Shown piece by piece: positions 1 through 9,448 of a stretch of DNA of 64,000 nucleotides. The stretch lies in the IMG/VR virus record IMGVR_UViG_3300027659_000012. One strand, written 5' to 3'. How positions within the stretch are numbered: position 1 is the stretch's first letter; every line of letters starts with the position of its first letter. This DNA comes from an uncultured virus (IMG/VR IMGVR_UViG_3300027659_000012) (Duplodnaviria; Heunggongvirae; Uroviricota; Caudoviricetes). The notes beneath the pieces were generated by a model. The model saw only the letters and a program-made list of their open reading frames with translations. It ran no database searches and was not told where the DNA came from. Both the position numbers and the translations under genes were made by a program.

Positions 1-6
1 GAGAAG

Positions 7-297
7 ATGGAAAAGATCACGGCGCTGATCGATACAAATCAGATGGCAGTCATCAATGAACTGATCATCAACTCCATTGAATCCATCTTTGATGCCGATA
101 ATGTCTATGCTGCCGCAGATTCTACTCCCGCAGAACTTACGCAATTCATCGAATCTCTGAATAGAAAACAAATGGAAAAGATCGAGGCATTCATCGCGAA
201 TGCTCCGAAGCTTCAACACACCTGTGAATTCACTTGTTGCAAGTGTGAACTAGAAAACTCCATCAATCTTCAAGGAATTCAGTCTTTTTTCGAATAA
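7..297 (+). CDS. Baseplate hub / tail assembly protein, T4 gp26-like (C-terminal part; probably begins before the window)
   Basis: Ends with PKLQH..CxxC..LQGIQSFF, typical of gp26/gp51-family proteins of T4-like phages; lies upstream of the tape-measure-like gene. Confidence 0.7.
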   Translation: MEKITALIDTNQMAVINELIINSIESIFDADNVYAAADSTPAELTQFIESLNRKQMEKIEAFIANAPKLQHTCEFTCCKCELENSINLQGIQSFFE

Positions 298-347
298 GCC
301 TCTCGCACGAATCATTGGAAAATTTGTATCAAACGAATTTTGCTCTG

Positions 348-476
348 ATGCAACATCATAAATATAGCCTAACGGAATTAGATGATATGTTACCGTGGGA
401 GAGGGAAATCTATACCGCATTACTCATAGAACATCTAAAAGAAGAAAAACGTAAGAACGAATCGGCTAATCACTAA
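348..476 (+). CDS. gp51-like baseplate hub assembly peptide (frame open from 285; possibly made by -1 frameshift)
   Basis: Hand translation: MQHHKYSLTELDDMLPWEREIYTALLIEHLKEE, the conserved gp51-like motif; absent from the ORF track because it is short. Confidence 0.7.
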   Translation: MQHHKYSLTELDDMLPWEREIYTALLIEHLKEEKRKNESANH

Positions 477-481
477 CCATC

Positions 482-2110
482 ATGGAATCCATAAGCAATA
501 ATCTGTTACTTCAGGACGTGATCCTAGAATTACAAATCTCTAACGAAAATGTTTCGGGTATAGAGACCGGAGTGACGATGCTCACTGATTCCATTTCAAA
601 GTTATCTGTCACAAATACGAAAGATAACAGTCAACTCATCGAACGAGATGATAAGATGATTACTGTATTGAAGACGATCGGTCTGGTCAACACTCACATG
701 TTGAATACAATGGATCGTTTGTATAAGTTTTTCATGGATAATGATATGGTTCGTGCCGAGGAACATCGGGATTTGGTGGATGCCATCGAAGATATCGGCA
801 AAGGTTCAACTAAAGGTGGAGCAACGTTTGATACGAAAAAACCAAAGGGAATACTCGGTCTCTTAGCCGGAGTCGCGGTATTTGCGGCAGGCGTATTGAT
901 AGGATTCTTCGAAGAGCTAGTGCGAAAGATCAAGATGCTCGGCTTTTATGGAAAAATACTTGGAGTATTTTCTAGTATCAGTACGATGTTCGGTCGTATC
1001 GGAGAATTTATCACCGAATCAAAGTTGTACGAAAAGATGAAAGATGCTTTTAGTAAAGTAGGAAGCATCTTCGGCGGAATCGGTAGGTTCTTTGGAAAGA
1101 TTGGTTCCGTCCTAGGAAAAGTATTAGAACCAGCATTGAACTTCATTCGACAAATGCCAATTAGTCGTTTTATTGGTACCATTGCCGAAATGGTTGGTAA
1201 AATGTTTAGTCTAATCATGAAACCAATTAAATTTATTATGAGGCTCTTTGGTAGTGTCGGCAGCGCCAGTGCTTTAGGCACAATCTTTAGATTGGGCAAA
1301 GGTCTCGGAAAGATTTTAGGTAAACTAGCATTGCCAATCACCATCATCATGGGCATCGTTGAAGCAGCGATGGGAGCGTTCGAAGGTTATAAGACCGGCG
1401 GAATTATGGGGGCAATCAAAGGAGGACTAAAGGGACTTCTGGAAAGTTTAATTGGATGGATGATTGATATCCCCAAAGATCTAATTTCTTGGCTATTAGA
1501 AAAATTTGGTTTTGAAAATGCCTCGAAGTGGCTTGACAGCTGGAATTTTGGTATGCTATTCGATGGTCTCTGGAAAGCTTTCTCCGATCTATGGAATGGA
1601 GTCGTTTCGGCATTAGGCGCAGTTAGTGATTGGTGGAGTAGTTGGTCCTTTGAAGGAGTATTCACGAGCATCAAAGATTTCTTCTTCGGAATCTGGGATG
1701 ATGTCATTGACTGGTTAGATGGAATGGGGCAAGGTCTACTCGATGTGTTTGGTAGCGCCACGAATTTCATGTTAGATTTCTATCGTAAAATTCTCAACAT
1801 CATCTTGCCGGATCCAACGAAACATACAAGCATGACGGATCCACTTTATTGGGTCGCTAAGGCAGTGCCTGATGCGGTATACGATTTTGCCAAGGTACAA
1901 CAAGCCCCGAACATTGTTGCAAACAGCATTCAAGGAGTTCCTGGAACAAATGGAGGAGCGCTGATGTCAAGCGGTGGAGGTGGAGCAAATGTTACGATCA
2001 TCAACGACTATTCGAAGGGTCCGGTCACGACGAACGTTACTGCCGCAAATATGGGGCAAAAAGGTCAAACGATGACCAACAACTCCGGCGGGTCGTCATA
2101 TTCATACTAA
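482..2110 (+). CDS. Tape-measure / baseplate hub protein (gp29-like)
   Basis: Long helical Gly/Phe/Trp-periodic sequence with hydrophobic segments, directly after the gp26/gp51-like genes. Confidence 0.6.
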   Translation: MESISNNLLLQDVILELQISNENVSGIETGVTMLTDSISKLSVTNTKDNSQLIERDDKMITVLKTIGLVNTHMLNTMDRLYKFFMDNDMVRAEEHRDLVDAIEDIGKGSTKGGATFDTKKPKGILGLLAGVAVFAAGVLIGFFEELVRKIKMLGFYGKILGVFSSISTMFGRIGEFITESKLYEKMKDAFSKVGSIFGGIGRFFGKIGSVLGKVLEPALNFIRQMPISRFIGTIAEMVGKMFSLIMKPIKFIMRLFGSVGSASALGTIFRLGKGLGKILGKLALPITIIMGIVEAAMGAFEGYKTGGIMGAIKGGLKGLLESLIGWMIDIPKDLISWLLEKFGFENASKWLDSWNFGMLFDGLWKAFSDLWNGVVSALGAVSDWWSSWSFEGVFTSIKDFFFGIWDDVIDWLDGMGQGLLDVFGSATNFMLDFYRKILNIILPDPTKHTSMTDPLYWVAKAVPDAVYDFAKVQQAPNIVANSIQGVPGTNGGALMSSGGGGANVTIINDYSKGPVTTNVTAANMGQKGQTMTNNSGGSSYSY

Positions 2111-2111
2111 T

Positions 2112-2147
2112 AAAAAACCGGCAGCCCGATTAAAGACTGCCGGTTTT
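2112..2147. terminator. Bidirectional intrinsic terminator
   Basis: AAAACCGGCAG...CTGCCGGTTTT inverted repeat between convergent genes. Confidence 0.8.
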
Positions 2148-2168
2148 AGAGTGCGATATCAATTGATA

Positions 2169-3080
2169 TTAGCCACGTGCCAACTTAGCAAAATAGCTAA
2201 GCGAGTCATCGTCATCGGATGCGGTGTTGCCACCACCAAACGATTCGGGTTCTGGTTCGCTGGCCGACTTTGGAGCAGCATAAGGAGCCACCTCATCGAG
2301 GGTTACCTGTTCTGCAGTTGTAAACGTCTCGCTGTATGACTGCTCACCCAGAACCTCAGAGAGCTTACGCTTGAGTTCTGCGTAGGTCTTATAGTTCGCC
2401 GGATCAGTGAAGTCCTTGAGCGAATAGATGCTGTTGTAGACCTTTTCCAGACGAGTCTCGTCGCCCGAATAGAGTTCGGAGACACCATCGAATTCGCTCT
2501 TATCATAGTTACGATATCCTTCGACCTGACGAATCTTGAGCTTAAAGTTTGCACCTGTCCAGAGGTCGAAAGGATTGATAGGCTTCTCATCCTGGAATTG
2601 TGGTTGCATGATGTCCATGACTTTGTCAAAGATCTTCTTACCATACTTGAAGAGGAAAACCTTACCTTCATTGGATGGATTCGAAGGATCACTGACGATC
2701 AGGATGTTCGAGACATAATGCAAACGACGCTTGCGAAGGCGTGCGATTTCTTTATCCTCTTCACGACCAGAATTCCAGAGAACAGAGTTGATCTCGCTGA
2801 CGGGGTCAGGTTGACCAATCGAAGTCAATGAATTCTCGATGTACCAACGACCGGTTGGTCCTTTAAATCCGTGATCCCAGAAGCGTACCCAAGGGAGGTC
2901 TTCACCTTCCTTGGCGGGAAGGAAACGAATCACGGCGTAGCCGTTTCCGGCTTTGTCTACGGTTGGGGCCCAGAGACGATCGTCGCCGTACGTCTTGGTT
3001 GCTCCACCCACTTTTTCAGCCGCGCTCACGAGTTTATCGATAGAGGCGGAACGGTTTTGTTTCAGTTTTTCGAATGACAT
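2169..3080 (-). CDS. gp32: ssDNA-binding protein gp32
   Basis: DKAGNGYAVIRFLP, GRWYIENS, GANFKLKIR..GYRNYDKSEF motifs and acidic tail ending LSYFAKLA. Confidence 0.95.
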   Translation of the reverse strand: MSFEKLKQNRSASIDKLVSAAEKVGGATKTYGDDRLWAPTVDKAGNGYAVIRFLPAKEGEDLPWVRFWDHGFKGPTGRWYIENSLTSIGQPDPVSEINSVLWNSGREEDKEIARLRKRRLHYVSNILIVSDPSNPSNEGKVFLFKYGKKIFDKVMDIMQPQFQDEKPINPFDLWTGANFKLKIRQVEGYRNYDKSEFDGVSELYSGDETRLEKVYNSIYSLKDFTDPANYKTYAELKRKLSEVLGEQSYSETFTTAEQVTLDEVAPYAAPKSASEPEPESFGGGNTASDDDDSLSYFAKLARG

Positions 3081-3166
3081 ATTATTTACAGTGTATTGTG
3101 TTGTATTAGCGTTGTATGATTTCCTTATGTCGCTTGCGACGAGTAGATTCTACCATAAAAATAGAC

Positions 3167-3802
3167 TCATGTAAATGATTTAATTACGATGAGCTTACTT
3201 TTCTGATGATCCATTCGTCGGGCGATGAAGGGTTTGTATTGAACCACACGTTGGAATAATTCTTCAAAGATTCCTAATGGGTCCGATACGAGCTTATTTA
3301 TCCTAGGGATAAAATTTAGCAATTCCTCGAGCATCACGACCGACTCGAGGGAAATTTTCTGACTTTGAAGCAGTTCAATGATGAGAGGAACAGGACGAGA
3401 GGGCGAGACCTTGAAGCAATCATCGAACGAGTACTGTATACTCGCTGCCAGATCACTCACCAGTGAGATATCGCTCCTAAAGGTATAGTCCAATCGTTGC
3501 ATCTTGCCGATCCAGTTCATCGGCGCCTGATCGTTCATGGAGCCCACCCAGAAGTTGCCCTCGAGATGGTTTGCCAAGAAGTAGGTGATCACGTCTTCCT
3601 TTTTAGGGAACTTTCGGGCAGTTTTCTCGAAAAAGTATCGATCCTTCTTTGCCTCGAAGGTCGACCTCTTGAGTTTAGGCCCGCAAAAGTTGAATTTGAA
3701 GGCATCATATGAACCCTTATCGAAATGCAGCTTGATCGCCATATAGGTCGACCAGACATCAAACGGGGACATACGAGAGGGTGGAGTTAGTGTATCGTTC
3801 AA
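3167..3802 (-). CDS. gp59: Helicase loader gp59
   Basis: YMAIKLHF..YDAFKF..KDRYFFEK motif; gp33-gp59-gp32 gene order. Confidence 0.9.
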   Translation of the reverse strand: MNDTLTPPSRMSPFDVWSTYMAIKLHFDKGSYDAFKFNFCGPKLKRSTFEAKKDRYFFEKTARKFPKKEDVITYFLANHLEGNFWVGSMNDQAPMNWIGKMQRLDYTFRSDISLVSDLAASIQYSFDDCFKVSPSRPVPLIIELLQSQKISLESVVMLEELLNFIPRINKLVSDPLGIFEELFQRVVQYKPFIARRMDHQKSKLIVIKSFT

Positions 3803-4059
3803 TCGGCGAAGAGGCTGCTTGGTTTTGGAAGGATATTGTTTCGCTGGGCCTCGGCTTCGAGCTTGTCTTTCAAGGAGCCTACGACCAGCGCTGCCATGTC
3901 ATCAGGGTCGATTTCTGTCTCGTCGCAGATCTGAATGATCGCCTCAAGATAGGTGATATGATCCTCATTTACGAGTCTCTCTACGCGTGCGCTGAGCTGT
4001 TCCTTAGTGAGTACGGGAACTAGGTCCTCGACGGTTTCGTTAGTTAGTGTGGCTGTCAT
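3799..4059 (-). CDS. gp33: Late transcription coactivator gp33
   Basis: TYLEAII..C..LKDKLEAEA..N.LP motif; gene order. Confidence 0.85.
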   Translation of the reverse strand: MTATLTNETVEDLVPVLTKEQLSARVERLVNEDHITYLEAIIQICDETEIDPDDMAALVVGSLKDKLEAEAQRNNILPKPSSLFAD

Positions 4060-4063
4060 GATA

Positions 4064-5305
4064 TTAGATCTTATTTTCGATTACGCGGAGGAGGATGATG
4101 TGTTCATTGATTCTTCCATTGGGTTCTTTCTTCTTGATCTTAGGATCATCGAATAGCTTCTCAAGTTGCTTAGGAGTACTCGAGATGATGGAGCCGAGCG
4201 TGCCCTGTGGCTTCCTGAGAGTGGTGGTGAAGCTCAAGGATGGGTCAAAGTTCTTGATCGAGCAACCTTTAACCTCAAATCCAGCCGCGCCCTTGGCCTG
4301 ATAGACACTCAATTGGCGATACTTCGTGTTGAAGACATAGAGCCTCTGAGCCGTCGGGATACGAATTGGATTGATCGAGTCCAGGTTATAGTCCTGAGAG
4401 TTTTGTTGGTACTTGATGGATGACACCTGTTTGGTCGCGTCCTTGGTCTTCTTGACACGTGGCACACGCTGAGCCTTCTGGACCTTTCCGTATTTTTGCA
4501 CTTCCTCGATCATCGCGGTAAGCGCTTTGACTCGACTCTTGAGACCGGGTTTTGTGAGGTAAGAATAGCCTTCGACCGAATCCGGATCGCTCTTGTCGAG
4601 GGCCTGTTGATACTCGGTCAGGTGATTCTGAAGCCAAGTCTCGACGAACACACAACCATTCGCAGCGATGCCATTATCGCGAATATAGGACGTGAGGTTC
4701 AGAGGAGACACCTGGACTTCCGAGGTGCACCATTCATCGATCATCACCTCGAGCTTCGCAATGACTTCCTTGTCAACCTTGAGTCGAAGGCGCTCCATCA
4801 CGGGCAGATACATTTCAGGGGACTTCCTCTTGGTCTCGATTGGGCTGCCATCGGCATTCACCTTGGCAACAGAACCGAGCACTTGAAGGACATCATTGAT
4901 CTCATGCTTCACGAGCTGACGATCGTTCTTGGCAATGGCACCCTCGGTGAAAGGCAACTTATCGAAGTACTCCTGGGCATTCGGATGAATCTCAGGCATT
5001 CCACGATCCATTCCACGCACTAACTTACCAATAGTCGAGGGCATCACGTTAGGATTCGCCGAGGAGATGATCGAGATTTCTTCCTTAGAATAGCCTTCGC
5101 GCTTCATGAATGCCAACACTGCAGGCTTCATGTCTGCCATCGACAAGTAATAATTATAGAAGTTCATCATACGCATGCGCTGAGTAAAAAACTTCTCGAC
5201 AGGCCAGGTTTCCCAGCCTTTCCATTCGGGCTCTTCGCCTGTCCATTTTGAATCAGCAGCCAGGACACGTCCGGCTCTGAATACGCCGCCTTTTGTAATT
5301 GCCAT
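4064..5305 (-). CDS. Hypothetical protein
   Basis: Long ORF; likely start MAITKGG, since the track start overlaps the upstream gene. Confidence 0.7.
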   Translation of the reverse strand: MAITKGGVFRAGRVLAADSKWTGEEPEWKGWETWPVEKFFTQRMRMMNFYNYYLSMADMKPAVLAFMKREGYSKEEISIISSANPNVMPSTIGKLVRGMDRGMPEIHPNAQEYFDKLPFTEGAIAKNDRQLVKHEINDVLQVLGSVAKVNADGSPIETKRKSPEMYLPVMERLRLKVDKEVIAKLEVMIDEWCTSEVQVSPLNLTSYIRDNGIAANGCVFVETWLQNHLTEYQQALDKSDPDSVEGYSYLTKPGLKSRVKALTAMIEEVQKYGKVQKAQRVPRVKKTKDATKQVSSIKYQQNSQDYNLDSINPIRIPTAQRLYVFNTKYRQLSVYQAKGAAGFEVKGCSIKNFDPSLSFTTTLRKPQGTLGSIISSTPKQLEKLFDDPKIKKKEPNGRINEHIILLRVIENKI

Positions 5306-5312
5306 ATGAGTA

Positions 5313-5585
5313 TTAAGCGTAGTTGAATTGAGTAACGTTCTGAAGGAGGAATGCACGCCAGCCTTTTTCTTCGATATCAAATGCGCGAATCACTTCGGCA
5401 TTTTCTTTCACGACCTTAGTTCCCTTAGGATGGGACTCGGCAGGAATAAAGCCGAGATAACGAGTGCATTTCATGGTGCGAAGGGTACCATCGAGCTTCT
5501 CGAAGGTGACGGTGCAAATGGCATTATCCAGGGCATCCAATGTGCGCTGGCGAAACTGTTGCCGATATTGGGTGGTGGTGATCAT
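5313..5585 (-). CDS. Sm-like / WYL_2-type SH3 beta-barrel protein
   Basis: VTFEKLDGTLRTMKCT...FDIEEKGWRAF motif; likely start MITTT. Confidence 0.7.
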   Translation of the reverse strand: MITTTQYRQQFRQRTLDALDNAICTVTFEKLDGTLRTMKCTRYLGFIPAESHPKGTKVVKENAEVIRAFDIEEKGWRAFLLQNVTQFNYA

Positions 5586-5589
5586 ATTA

Positions 5590-5793
5590 TTACAGTGAGT
5601 TTGGGTTGAAGGTGGAGGAAGTGAGGAGCTTTTCAAATTCGCGCTCGACGATGGCATCATAGTCATTCTCAGAGGAGATGGTCTTGCATTCATCAACCGA
5701 GAGTTCAGAGATAAGGCGCTTTTGAGCAGCGTGACGCTGAGCGATTTCGGCGATGAGGTTCTTACGAGCGATGTTTTCAATTTTAGTTTTCAT
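5590..5793 (-). CDS. Hypothetical early protein
   Basis: ORF directly downstream of the promoter at 5828-5855. Confidence 0.6.
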   Translation of the reverse strand: MKTKIENIARKNLIAEIAQRHAAQKRLISELSVDECKTISSENDYDAIVEREFEKLLTSSTFNPNSL

Positions 5794-5827
5794 AATATAA
5801 AGAGAGGGTGGTTTCAGTTACAGGAGT

Positions 5828-5855
5828 ATCCTATCAAAAAGAGGGGCAATGTACA
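5828..5855 (-). promoter_or_regulatory. Early-type promoter TGTACA-N16-TAGGAT
   Basis: One copy of a motif seen at least 16 times in the window. Confidence 0.7.
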
Positions 5856-5872
5856 TGCTTTTCTTCATTATT

Positions 5873-5953
5873 TTAAGGAAGAAGCAAAGGATAAAGGGTA
5901 GTTGTGACGAGAAGAATGAGGACGGTGACGATGAGTTTGAAGGTGAAGAACAT
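5873..5953 (-). CDS. 26-aa hydrophobic peptide
   Basis: MFFTFKLIVTVLILLVTTTLYPLLLP between two promoter copies. Confidence 0.4.
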   Translation of the reverse strand: MFFTFKLIVTVLILLVTTTLYPLLLP

Positions 5954-5978
5954 TTTTTAGTAGGTTGGTTACAAGAGG

Positions 5979-6006
5979 ATCCTACCATATTCCGGGGTAA
6001 TGTACA
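5979..6006 (-). promoter_or_regulatory. Early-type promoter
   Basis: TGTACA-N16-TAGGAT, with TGG before the -10 element. Confidence 0.75.
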
Positions 6007-6059
6007 CATCTTTTTACATCGAAAGCGAAAATAGTTTCGCCTCCCTGAAAACCAATCAG

Positions 6060-6272
6060 TTATAAGATGCTGATGGCCAGACAATCTGCAGATTTGCTGT
6101 CATTGGTCAAGATCTCATGCTTTCCGTAATACCATTCATCATGGGCATCTAGTCTAAGCTTTATCTCAACGAGTGCCTTGACCTCATTATATCCGCCCTC
6201 ATATCCATCAATAACCACCATCGTGGACGGGTCATAACTCTGAAGTTGCTCGATAAGTTCTTTGACGTTCAT
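6060..6272 (-). CDS. Hypothetical protein, paralog of 52433..52645
   Basis: Both share LQSYDP..GYEGG..EWYYGKHEI. Confidence 0.7.
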   Translation of the reverse strand: MNVKELIEQLQSYDPSTMVVIDGYEGGYNEVKALVEIKLRLDAHDEWYYGKHEILTNDSKSADCLAISIL

Positions 6273-6556
6273 ATTAGCCAGGTTGTCTCGGTTACCGAAT
6301 CACCACACGTCTCACAATAGCCATCCTCAGTCTCGCATGACTCGTATTGAAAACAGCCAATCAAATCATCGAGTGAGACCGATGACTTTTTCAATTCTTC
6401 CTTGAATCTGGCGCACAAGTAGTCAGTCAATTCATCGATCTGCTCCTCAGTCATGGGTTGGTATTCGCCATACATATTTTGACCATCTACCGTGGTGCCC
6501 CATGACATGCAGCCTTCGCTCTTGACGATCTTTCGTTTCTTTTCCATATCAATCAT
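6269..6556 (-). CDS. Hypothetical protein with C-terminal CxxC
   Basis: Tightly packed ORF in an early gene string. Confidence 0.6.
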   Translation of the reverse strand: MIDMEKKRKIVKSEGCMSWGTTVDGQNMYGEYQPMTEEQIDELTDYLCARFKEELKKSSVSLDDLIGCFQYESCETEDGYCETCGDSVTETTWLI

Positions 6557-6720
6557 TTATTTTAGAGGTGTGAATACGTTAGTGCTAATAGAAAACCAAT
6601 TCGCCAATAAGATGCAGTTGATGTGAATCACGAGATAGATCACTGCTAACAAAAGAAACATTGGCAATGATAGGATGCACATCACATAGATCAGCATCAG
6701 TTGGGCAAAGTGTTTCATAA

Positions 6721-7050
6721 TTATTCCTTGATGATTTCCCGAAAGATTTCGCAATCGGTGAAGTAGTTATCGAACGAATAGACATGACTGTCATGAAAAA
6801 TGTGGCAGACGTTGCCTAGGCAAAGTTCATTCGGCCAGGCACGACACACATAAAAGACTTCGTCAAAATATTCGACTCGCTCACTAGAATTGACATCTGC
6901 CAATAGTTCCTCTTTCCAGTTCTTTGGTTCACCCTTGAAGGTGTAGTATTTCTTGAAGGAATACTTTACGGCAACCTCGCTGCCACGAAGAATACATTCG
7001 AACAAGACTTTTGCCGGAAGGTTATCCAGATTGATTTGAAATTTTGACAT
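6721..7050 (-). CDS. Hypothetical protein
   Basis: Tightly packed ORF. Confidence 0.55.
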   Translation of the reverse strand: MSKFQINLDNLPAKVLFECILRGSEVAVKYSFKKYYTFKGEPKNWKEELLADVNSSERVEYFDEVFYVCRAWPNELCLGNVCHIFHDSHVYSFDNYFTDCEIFREIIKE

Positions 7051-7256
7051 GATTTAGTATTTGGTTAGGTTTCTTATTTCAGCGAGCATCAGTAACATAA
7101 AGCCGATGAATAGCCATTCTTGAGTGTTTGCCATGACGATTAGGTATGCAAACAATCGCATGATTGACGTGATGTTGGCATATTTTCTTTTGGCTAGTGG
7201 CGCCTCAATTTCTTCGAGGCAGATGGGTTTTTTGGTGTTGGTATCGGACATAAAAT

Positions 7257-7781
7257 TTAGAGCCATGTTCGGCGATCATTGCGAGAAGTTCGGGCGAGCA
7301 GACTCTCGTTTCGTTTTTGCAATTCGAGGTTATTCGTGATAAGAATTTCATTTTCTTGCTGAAGCACTTTGACGCGTTGCAATAAATGAATGTATTCTAC
7401 ACGAGAATCATCTAGTCGTGTGGTAAGACTTTCGACATCCGCTGCTAGTTGTCCATTCGCTTCACGAAGGTTCTCTAGATCTTTCGGAAGGCAAACCATA
7501 TCTTTGTGTTGCACCAATCGATCGGCATATTGCTGGGATTCGATAAGATTAGTATTGAGCACCTGATTATCGACTTGAAGCACCTTGATGCACTGCAGCA
7601 GTTTGCCATTCTCGGCGATCAGGCTATCGGCTTCACTCTCGGCATCGCTCAGATCTTCATTGATTTCTTGCAGACGAAGAGCAGCCTCGTAAATAGCGGC
7701 ATTGGCTACTCCATCTGCACAATCGACATCCTCGGCAAGAATGTGTAAGGCAGCAATAAGTGTTTTTGTTGATGATCTCAT
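7257..7781 (-). CDS. Hypothetical coiled-coil protein
   Basis: Heptad-rich ORF. Confidence 0.6.
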   Translation of the reverse strand: MRSSTKTLIAALHILAEDVDCADGVANAAIYEAALRLQEINEDLSDAESEADSLIAENGKLLQCIKVLQVDNQVLNTNLIESQQYADRLVQHKDMVCLPKDLENLREANGQLAADVESLTTRLDDSRVEYIHLLQRVKVLQQENEILITNNLELQKRNESLLARTSRNDRRTWL

Positions 7782-7793
7782 ATTTTATTTTGG

Positions 7794-8369
7794 TTAGACT
7801 TTTCCATTCCAGAGTTTGACTTCCCATTGGCGACGAAGAACAAGACCCTTTAGAGTTTTTCCTTTGACAGTAGAATACTTGGGCATGAGTCGGGCAACGC
7901 TTTTGTAGTTGCCCGAGTTCAATCTGCCTTTGCCATTGATGAGTTGAAGAAGATTGCCTTCGCCACAGTTGTAGGTGAATGATGCAAGGGCATAGATCTG
8001 AGAAGCGGTAAGCTTGACCTTTACATGCTTTTTGACCAAGGTGCAATGCTCGTTGAGCTTTTGATTGAGGATCCGACGAGCATCTTCTTTCGAGACGAAG
8101 TCTTTATTGACCAGCTTCTTGTCAGTAAAACCATAGCCGATGGTTGCAACGCCCGCGGGGCAAATGTAGGTGTGTGCAAAGTACTTTTCGAAGCGCTCGA
8201 TGCCAGTTCGAGTGATGCCGTTCCAAGTGTATTTGTCTGGCAACTTGCACTTGACCAACACCCGCTTGGGATGGTTGTATCGCACCGGAGCAATCTTGCT
8301 CTGAGCCAAAGCCACCAAACAGCCTGCGGTGAGCGTTATGGTTAATGCAGTAAAGATTTTAGTTTTCAT
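7794..8369 (-). CDS. GH24 lysozyme with N-terminal signal peptide
   Basis: FE..Y.CPAGVATIGYG and ALASFTYNCG..GLVLRRQWE motifs; hydrophobic leader. Confidence 0.85.
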   Translation of the reverse strand: MKTKIFTALTITLTAGCLVALAQSKIAPVRYNHPKRVLVKCKLPDKYTWNGITRTGIERFEKYFAHTYICPAGVATIGYGFTDKKLVNKDFVSKEDARRILNQKLNEHCTLVKKHVKVKLTASQIYALASFTYNCGEGNLLQLINGKGRLNSGNYKSVARLMPKYSTVKGKTLKGLVLRRQWEVKLWNGKV

Positions 8370-8374
8370 ATCAA

Positions 8375-8665
8375 TTAGGCAGGGATTGCAACCACAAACT
8401 TACCGCAGCAATTGCTGACAGAATAGCCAGTGAAACCATTCTCGGAGAATGGGCGAATAAAGTCTCCACCGAAAACAACCCAGACGCCGTTGATGCCGAG
8501 AGTGTTCTTGTAGCCATCGCTCTTGGAGGCCAGCTTGAATTGGCTATTGGCGTTTTGTTGAACGCAATCGGTCATTCCATCGAATGCGCTCTTGACATCG
8601 ATGTGGAGGTTAGGGCGATTCTTAGCGATGAAGGACTTGAGGGTGGCGAGTGTTGGCTTTGTCAT
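8375..8665 (-). CDS. Hypothetical early protein
   Basis: First ORF after the promoter at 8696-8723. Confidence 0.65.
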   Translation of the reverse strand: MTKPTLATLKSFIAKNRPNLHIDVKSAFDGMTDCVQQNANSQFKLASKSDGYKNTLGINGVWVVFGGDFIRPFSENGFTGYSVSNCCGKFVVAIPA

Positions 8666-8695
8666 AATGTAGTGGGTAGTCTCAGTTACAAGGGT

Positions 8696-8723
8696 ATCCT
8701 ACCATATCTGGGGCCTTTGTACA
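8696..8723 (-). promoter_or_regulatory. Early-type promoter
   Basis: TGTACA-N16-TAGGAT; leader identical to the one at 17966-18013. Confidence 0.75.
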
Positions 8724-8776
8724 CATCTTTTTACGTAGAAAGTGAAAATAATTTCACTCTCCTGACAACCAATCAC

Positions 8777-9055
8777 TTACGTGAAGATCCAGACATATAA
8801 CTGGCCGAGCATCAATGAATGTAAGATGGTGGCATTCACTCCGGCAGATTGATTTCTACCAAGTGTGTACGTCGCCAAATTTAAGACTATCAGCCCTAGC
8901 CAAAGCAATACCCCATTGATCGAGAGATGTGTAATCGATTTGATGAGGTACCACATCCAGAGCGAAGGCAGCGCCCAGAAGACACTAAATCCGATGAGCT
9001 GTACGACTAAGCCATACTCGGTACCTTCGACGATCTTAGATTTCTTCGGTTTCAT
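8777..9055 (-). CDS. Hypothetical membrane protein
   Basis: Two or three hydrophobic segments; start MKPKK. Confidence 0.5.
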   Translation of the reverse strand: MKPKKSKIVEGTEYGLVVQLIGFSVFWALPSLWMWYLIKSITHLSINGVLLWLGLIVLNLATYTLGRNQSAGVNATILHSLMLGQLYVWIFT

Positions 9056-9341
9056 AAAATTTGGCGAGACGGTGTTGTTTGGCAATAGCTGCTTCAGAGG
9101 CGAGTAGAATTTCATTTATGGTATCACGAATCGAACTCCATCCGAGATAGGTCGCTGCCTGCTCCTCAGTCACCAGTTGTTTGTCAGTGACATCTAATTT
9201 TCCGCTGTGATAGTCATAGAAATAGGTGATGATCTTGTATGGCACCCCATCCTCAATGACAAATCCTCGATCGAGCTTTGTAGAGAAATTACTTTGATTG
9301 ATGAATTCGATTGCCTTGGTTAGTTTTTGGACGTTTGTCAT
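9036..9341 (-). CDS. Hypothetical protein
   Basis: ORF downstream of tRNA-Arg. Confidence 0.55.
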   Translation of the reverse strand: MTNVQKLTKAIEFINQSNFSTKLDRGFVIEDGVPYKIITYFYDYHSGKLDVTDKQLVTEEQAATYLGWSSIRDTINEILLASEAAIAKQHRLAKFYETEEI

Positions 9342-9360
9342 TGGTGTATGTATGTGAAAG

Positions 9361-9435
9361 TGGTGGGTCGTGCAGGAATCGAACCTGCATTGGCGGATTA
9401 GAAATCCGAAGTCCTATCCGTTGAACGAACGACCC
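9361..9435 (-). tRNA. tRNA-Arg(UCU)
   Basis: Cloverleaf, anticodon loop TTTCTAA, T-loop TTCGATT, encoded CCA. Confidence 0.9.
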
Positions 9436-9448
9436 TTAGATGGTTTAC

